A stretch of 64,000 bases of DNA from NCBI GenBank assembly GCA_963677485.1, contig OY781964.1, positions 3,200,001-3,264,000 on the forward strand. The letters run 5' to 3'. Under the pieces are notes generated by a model. It was given only the letters and a program-made list of their open reading frames with translations. It was not told the DNA's origin and did no database searches. The number at the start of each line of letters is the position of its first letter. The stretch's first letter is position 1. Below are positions 60,633 to 64,000 of the stretch, piece after piece. The DNA is from Armatimonadota bacterium. Lineage in GTDB: Bacteria > Armatimonadota > HRBIN16. A program made the position numbers and the translations under genes.

Positions 60633-63600
60633 ATGGCCACTCGCCGAAGCACTAATTCTGTAAATGACACCTCGGAGAACACCTCCGCAGATGAACCGCA
60701 GGCAACCAACCAACCCGAGGCTGCTGCCTCCGATGCGGCAAAACCGCGTCCTTCCCGACGTCGCCCCACACAGAAAGCACCCCAATCTCAACCGGTTGAG
60801 ACCGCTGATGCAGCCGCACCGGTAGTTCCCGCGGTTGTGGCTGCTGCTCCGGTGGCCGCTGCGCCGGCTGAGCCTGCCCCATCTGCAGCACCTGCCGATG
60901 GCGGCGATGCCTCCGCCGAGGCGCCGCGTGCGCCTCGCCGTCGCCCTGCACGCCGTAGAACTGAGCGTCCTCAGCGCGCCAATCCTGTGTCCGATGAGAA
61001 CCCACCTGAAGCATCCGCCCCTGCTGTAGTCGAGGTACCGCAGCCACAGCCAGAGGCTGATGCCCCCGTGATGGCTGAGGGTGAAGATTCCGCACAGCAT
61101 TCCAGCCGGCCCAGCCGCAACTCGCGGCGCCGTGCCAAGCGTAAATCCGCACGTGACCTGCCCGGGGGTGAGGCATCGGTAGAACAGCCGGTGGAAGCCG
61201 CGGAGTCAGAGCCCGCGTCTGCAGAAGTGTCCCAAGACACCCAGACCTTGCGGGTCAACCTTCAGCCACGCGGACGGAACCACCGTCGCCGTCGCGAACC
61301 AGTCAAAGTGGATATTGATGAAGCAACGAGTGTTGAAACACCCGCACAGCCTGTGCCCATGCCAGAAGCTGTCGGTGATGTGACTCCGCGGGTGTTGATA
61401 CCTGGTCTAGACACCATCCCTGCAGAGCCTCAGAACCGATCGCGTCGTGACCGCAGCCGACAGAGGCGCGTTCGTCCGCGTGCTGAAACACCCGCACAGC
61501 CAGATGCATTGCCTACACCACCAGTTGTACCGGAAGTATCCAAGCCCGTTGAATCTGCTGGCACCGATGCACCGGCACCAATCCAAAGACCAAGCCGTAC
61601 CCGCAATCGCAGACCAGCCAGAGCACAGTCTGGGCAGCCCCAGCCAATGGCGCAGCCTGCTGAAGCTAAGCCAGAAGTTCGGTCTTCTGATGCTCGTCCT
61701 ACAGGTGGTCGGCATGCAGGTAATCGTCCTACTGGTAGCCGGTCTGAGAATGCACGTCCTGAGGCTGCGCGTCCTGAGGCTGCGCGTCCTGAGGCTGCGC
61801 GTCCTGAGGCTGCGCGTCCTGAGGCTGCGCGTCCTGAGGCTGTCCAGCCTGTGGCTACGGAAGCACCCAAACCGGCTGTCGCACCCAAAGCGGTACCGGT
61901 CAAGCGTGCGCGTCGTCCTGAGCCGAAGATCAAAGTGGTTGTGCCAAAAATCACGCTTCCCAAGCGTGAAGCCATCAAGCTTGGTATGCGCAGAGGTCAC
62001 ACAGAAATTGTGATCCGCGGTAATGCGGTACCCCCGATGTTCTTCTTCGGATACATCAGCGGTGGAGCCAGCGAGCGGCGGGTTCTGGACCAGGTGCGCA
62101 TGGCGGCCGCTGCCGGAGTTCATCTGCATATGATGCTGATGGAGCTTGTCATTGATGTCAAAGCGGTCGATTCCGCAGTAGAAGAGGCACGCCGTCAGAT
62201 CAGACTCGTCACAGAGCATGACCCTGAAGCTTATGTGATGATCCGCCTGATGTTCACTCCTCCGCAAGATTGGAAGAGCCGCTATCGTGACGCGGTCTCG
62301 CTGTATGCCGACAACACCACTGGTGAGCCGTCGTTCTTCAGCGACGAATATTGGGCAGAGGCGGAAGCGGTGGTGACGGATCTATCGCAAAAGATGGAAC
62401 TGCACGACGAAGCCGAACGGCTGCTCGGATACCATCTAGACTGCCGCGAATGGTTCCACGAGTATGAGCGCGGGTATGACACCTGCAAAGCGGCCGTGGA
62501 ATGCTTTAGGCGATGGCTGCGAGCCAAGTATAAGGACGATCCGGTATTGCTTCGCGCTTCATGGCACAACGGCACCGTCAATATCGATGATGCACCGATT
62601 CCCGCTAAGGTAAAAGATAGCGGCGTGGCATTATTCGAGAACCACCGTGAAAGGCCATGGGTCGACTTCCTACAGTTTGCCAGCGATACAGTGGCCAAAC
62701 GACTGGTCTCGCTAAGCCGTGCCTCTAAGAAGGCGTGTGATTCCCGCCGACTGATCGCGGTGCCCTACGGCTATACGCTGGATTTCCCCACCGCATATAG
62801 CGGTCACCTTGATCTGGCTGAGGTTCTCTCTACCAGCAGCATCGATATGGTATGTGCTCCGCCCAGCTATCGCGACCGTTTGGTGGGCAGCGGTTCCAGT
62901 ATCCCTGCGCCAATCGACAGTGTGCTTCTGCACGAAAAGCTGTTTATCATGGAAGACGATACTAAGCCCTATTTCGCCAAGCGTGATACGCCCGATACCT
63001 ATAACCCGAAACATCCCGACCGCGAAAGCACCACCGGCGCACGGCTGCGTGCCATCGGCAGCGCTTTGGCCCGTCAGACCGGCATCAGCTGGATGGATTT
63101 ATGGGGTGAGGGCTGGCTGGCAGACGAAGAGCATTGGCAGCATGCCGCGAAGGCGGTTGCAGTCTATCGCAAGCTGATGGAGTGCCGGAATATGAACTCC
63201 ACTCCTGACGTAGCTTTCATCGTAGACGAGTGCAGCATCACCCACATACGCAATGTCGAAAAACTGCTGCTGCCATTGCTGCTGCAGCAACGCGATGTGG
63301 TGCTGAAGTCGGGCGTGAATTTCGGCATGTATCTTCAAAGCGACCTGACGCGAAAGGCCTTCCCTGAGGCCAAAGTATACGTGTTCATGAATGCACTGCA
63401 GATCAGCACCGAGGTGCGTACCGCCATCAAGGAGAAGCTGCAGAACGACAATAAGACACTGGTATGGGTCTATGCCGCCGGGATTTATGATGAGAATGGC
63501 GAGCACAAGGACGGTATCCGCGAGGTGACGGGACTACAGCTCAGGCAGCAGCCCTGGAACAGCGAGACGGGTTCTATCATCGTCAGCGACCGAAGCCCGA

Positions 63601-64000
63601 TTGCAGAGCACCTGAAAGCGAAGCAGTTTGGTGTTCGCGAACGCTTGAATCCCAGCTACTACAGCAATGAACAGGGCACATCGGTCATCGCTGAATATGT
63701 GCAGACGGGCTTGCCCAGCATGGTCAGTAAAGACATGGGTACCTGGAAGAGCATATTCATCGGTGAAAGACAACTCAATCTGGAACTTCTGCGCAACATA
63801 TTCAAACTGTCTGGCGTGTCTGTATTCCAGCACGGTTCAGATATCCTGCGTGTAAGTCAGCCATTCATCTGCATCCATGCAACCGAGGATGGATCGAAAA
63901 GCATTGTCTTGCCCATGAAGATGATGATATACGACCTGATAGAAGACCGCGTGCTGGCGGCCGGCACCAATAACCTGAAGTTAGGCATGAAGAAGGGGCA
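60633..64000 (+). CDS. Large protein, 3'-truncated by the window edge: ~440-aa disordered P/A/E/R-rich N-terminus fused to a GH42/beta-galactosidase-like domain
   Basis: AAGGAG RBS then ATG at 60633. I read the frame open from MATRRSTNS through the RPEAA repeats into VRMAAAAGVHL, PSFFSDEYW, GYHL...EWF and FRRWLRAKY. It is absent from the ORF track, consistent with no stop before the window end. Confidence 0.75.
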   Translation, partial: MATRRSTNSVNDTSENTSADEPQATNQPEAAASDAAKPRPSRRRPTQKAPQSQPVETADAAAPVVPAVVAAAPVAAAPAEPAPSAAPADGGDASAEAPRAPRRRPARRRTERPQRANPVSDENPPEASAPAVVEVPQPQPEADAPVMAEGEDSAQHSSRPSRNSRRRAKRKSARDLPGGEASVEQPVEAAESEPASAEVSQDTQTLRVNLQPRGRNHRRRREPVKVDIDEATSVETPAQPVPMPEAVGDVTPRVLIPGLDTIPAEPQNRSRRDRSRQRRVRPRAETPAQPDALPTPPVVPEVSKPVESAGTDAPAPIQRPSRTRNRRPARAQSGQPQPMAQPAEAKPEVRSSDARPTGGRHAGNRPTGSRSENARPEAARPEAARPEAARPEAARPEAARPEAVQPVATEAPKPAVAPKAVPVKRARRPEPKIKVVVPKITLPKREAIKLGMRRGHTEIVIRGNAVPPMFFFGYISGGASERRVLDQVRMAAAAGVHLHMMLMELVIDVKAVDSAVEEARRQIRLVTEHDPEAYVMIRLMFTPPQDWKSRYRDAVSLYADNTTGEPSFFSDEYWAEAEAVVTDLSQKMELHDEAERLLGYHLDCREWFHEYERGYDTCKAAVECFRRWLRAKYKDDPVLLRASWHNGTVNIDDAPIPAKVKDSGVALFENHRERPWVDFLQFASDTVAKRLVSLSRASKKACDSRRLIAVPYGYTLDFPTAYSGHLDLAEVLSTSSIDMVCAPPSYRDRLVGSGSSIPAPIDSVLLHEKLFIMEDDTKPYFAKRDTPDTYNPKHPDRESTTGARLRAIGSALARQTGISWMDLWGEGWLADEEHWQHAAKAVAVYRKLMECRNMNSTPDVAFIVDECSITHIRNVEKLLLPLLLQQRDVVLKSGVNFGMYLQSDLTRKAFPEAKVYVFMNALQISTEVRTAIKEKLQNDNKTLVWVYAAGIYDENGEHKDGIREVTGLQLRQQPWNSETGSIIVSDRSPIAEHLKAKQFGVRERLNPSYYSNEQGTSVIAEYVQTGLPSMVSKDMGTWKSIFIGERQLNLELLRNIFKLSGVSVFQHGSDILRVSQPFICIHATEDGSKSIVLPMKMMIYDLIEDRVLAAGTNNLKLGMKKG
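61755..61842 (+). repeat. 15-bp coding tandem repeat (RPEAA), five perfect copies plus a partial one
   Basis: cgtcctgaggctgcg x5 + cgtcctgaggctg. Confidence 0.9.

Overview
Bacterial chromosome segment, GC-rich with AT-richer patches. The PEP-CTERM protein, dockerin-like C-termini and many secreted glycan enzymes would fit an Armatimonadota-like organism, but that is inference only. It contains secreted carbohydrate-active enzymes (six paralogous GH99/GH71-like TIM-barrel proteins, GH106-like, six-hairpin GH, clan GH-A and GH42-like), kdsB, thrS, sugar kinases, two RCC1-repeat/dockerin surface proteins, tandem serpins, a Septu/PtuAB-type ATPase-HNH pair and at least four families of intergenic palindromic repeats. 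The main find is a 1656-bp insertion element present as two apparently identical copies (19956-21611, 24651-26306). Both sit in the same orientation in the same target, ACCTAA^C, and removing either restores the interrupted gene exactly. The element has no proper terminal inverted repeats. Its single ~506-aa protein has no DDE or HUH motif that I can see, but has motifs resembling Rep_trans rolling-circle initiators plus a C-terminal winged helix, making it a candidate undescribed class of target-specific transposon. Also notable: both RCC1 proteins have independently lost their dockerin tail, a displaced synonymous-only copy of a gene 3' end brackets one of them, and a large ORF missing from the track runs off the right end.
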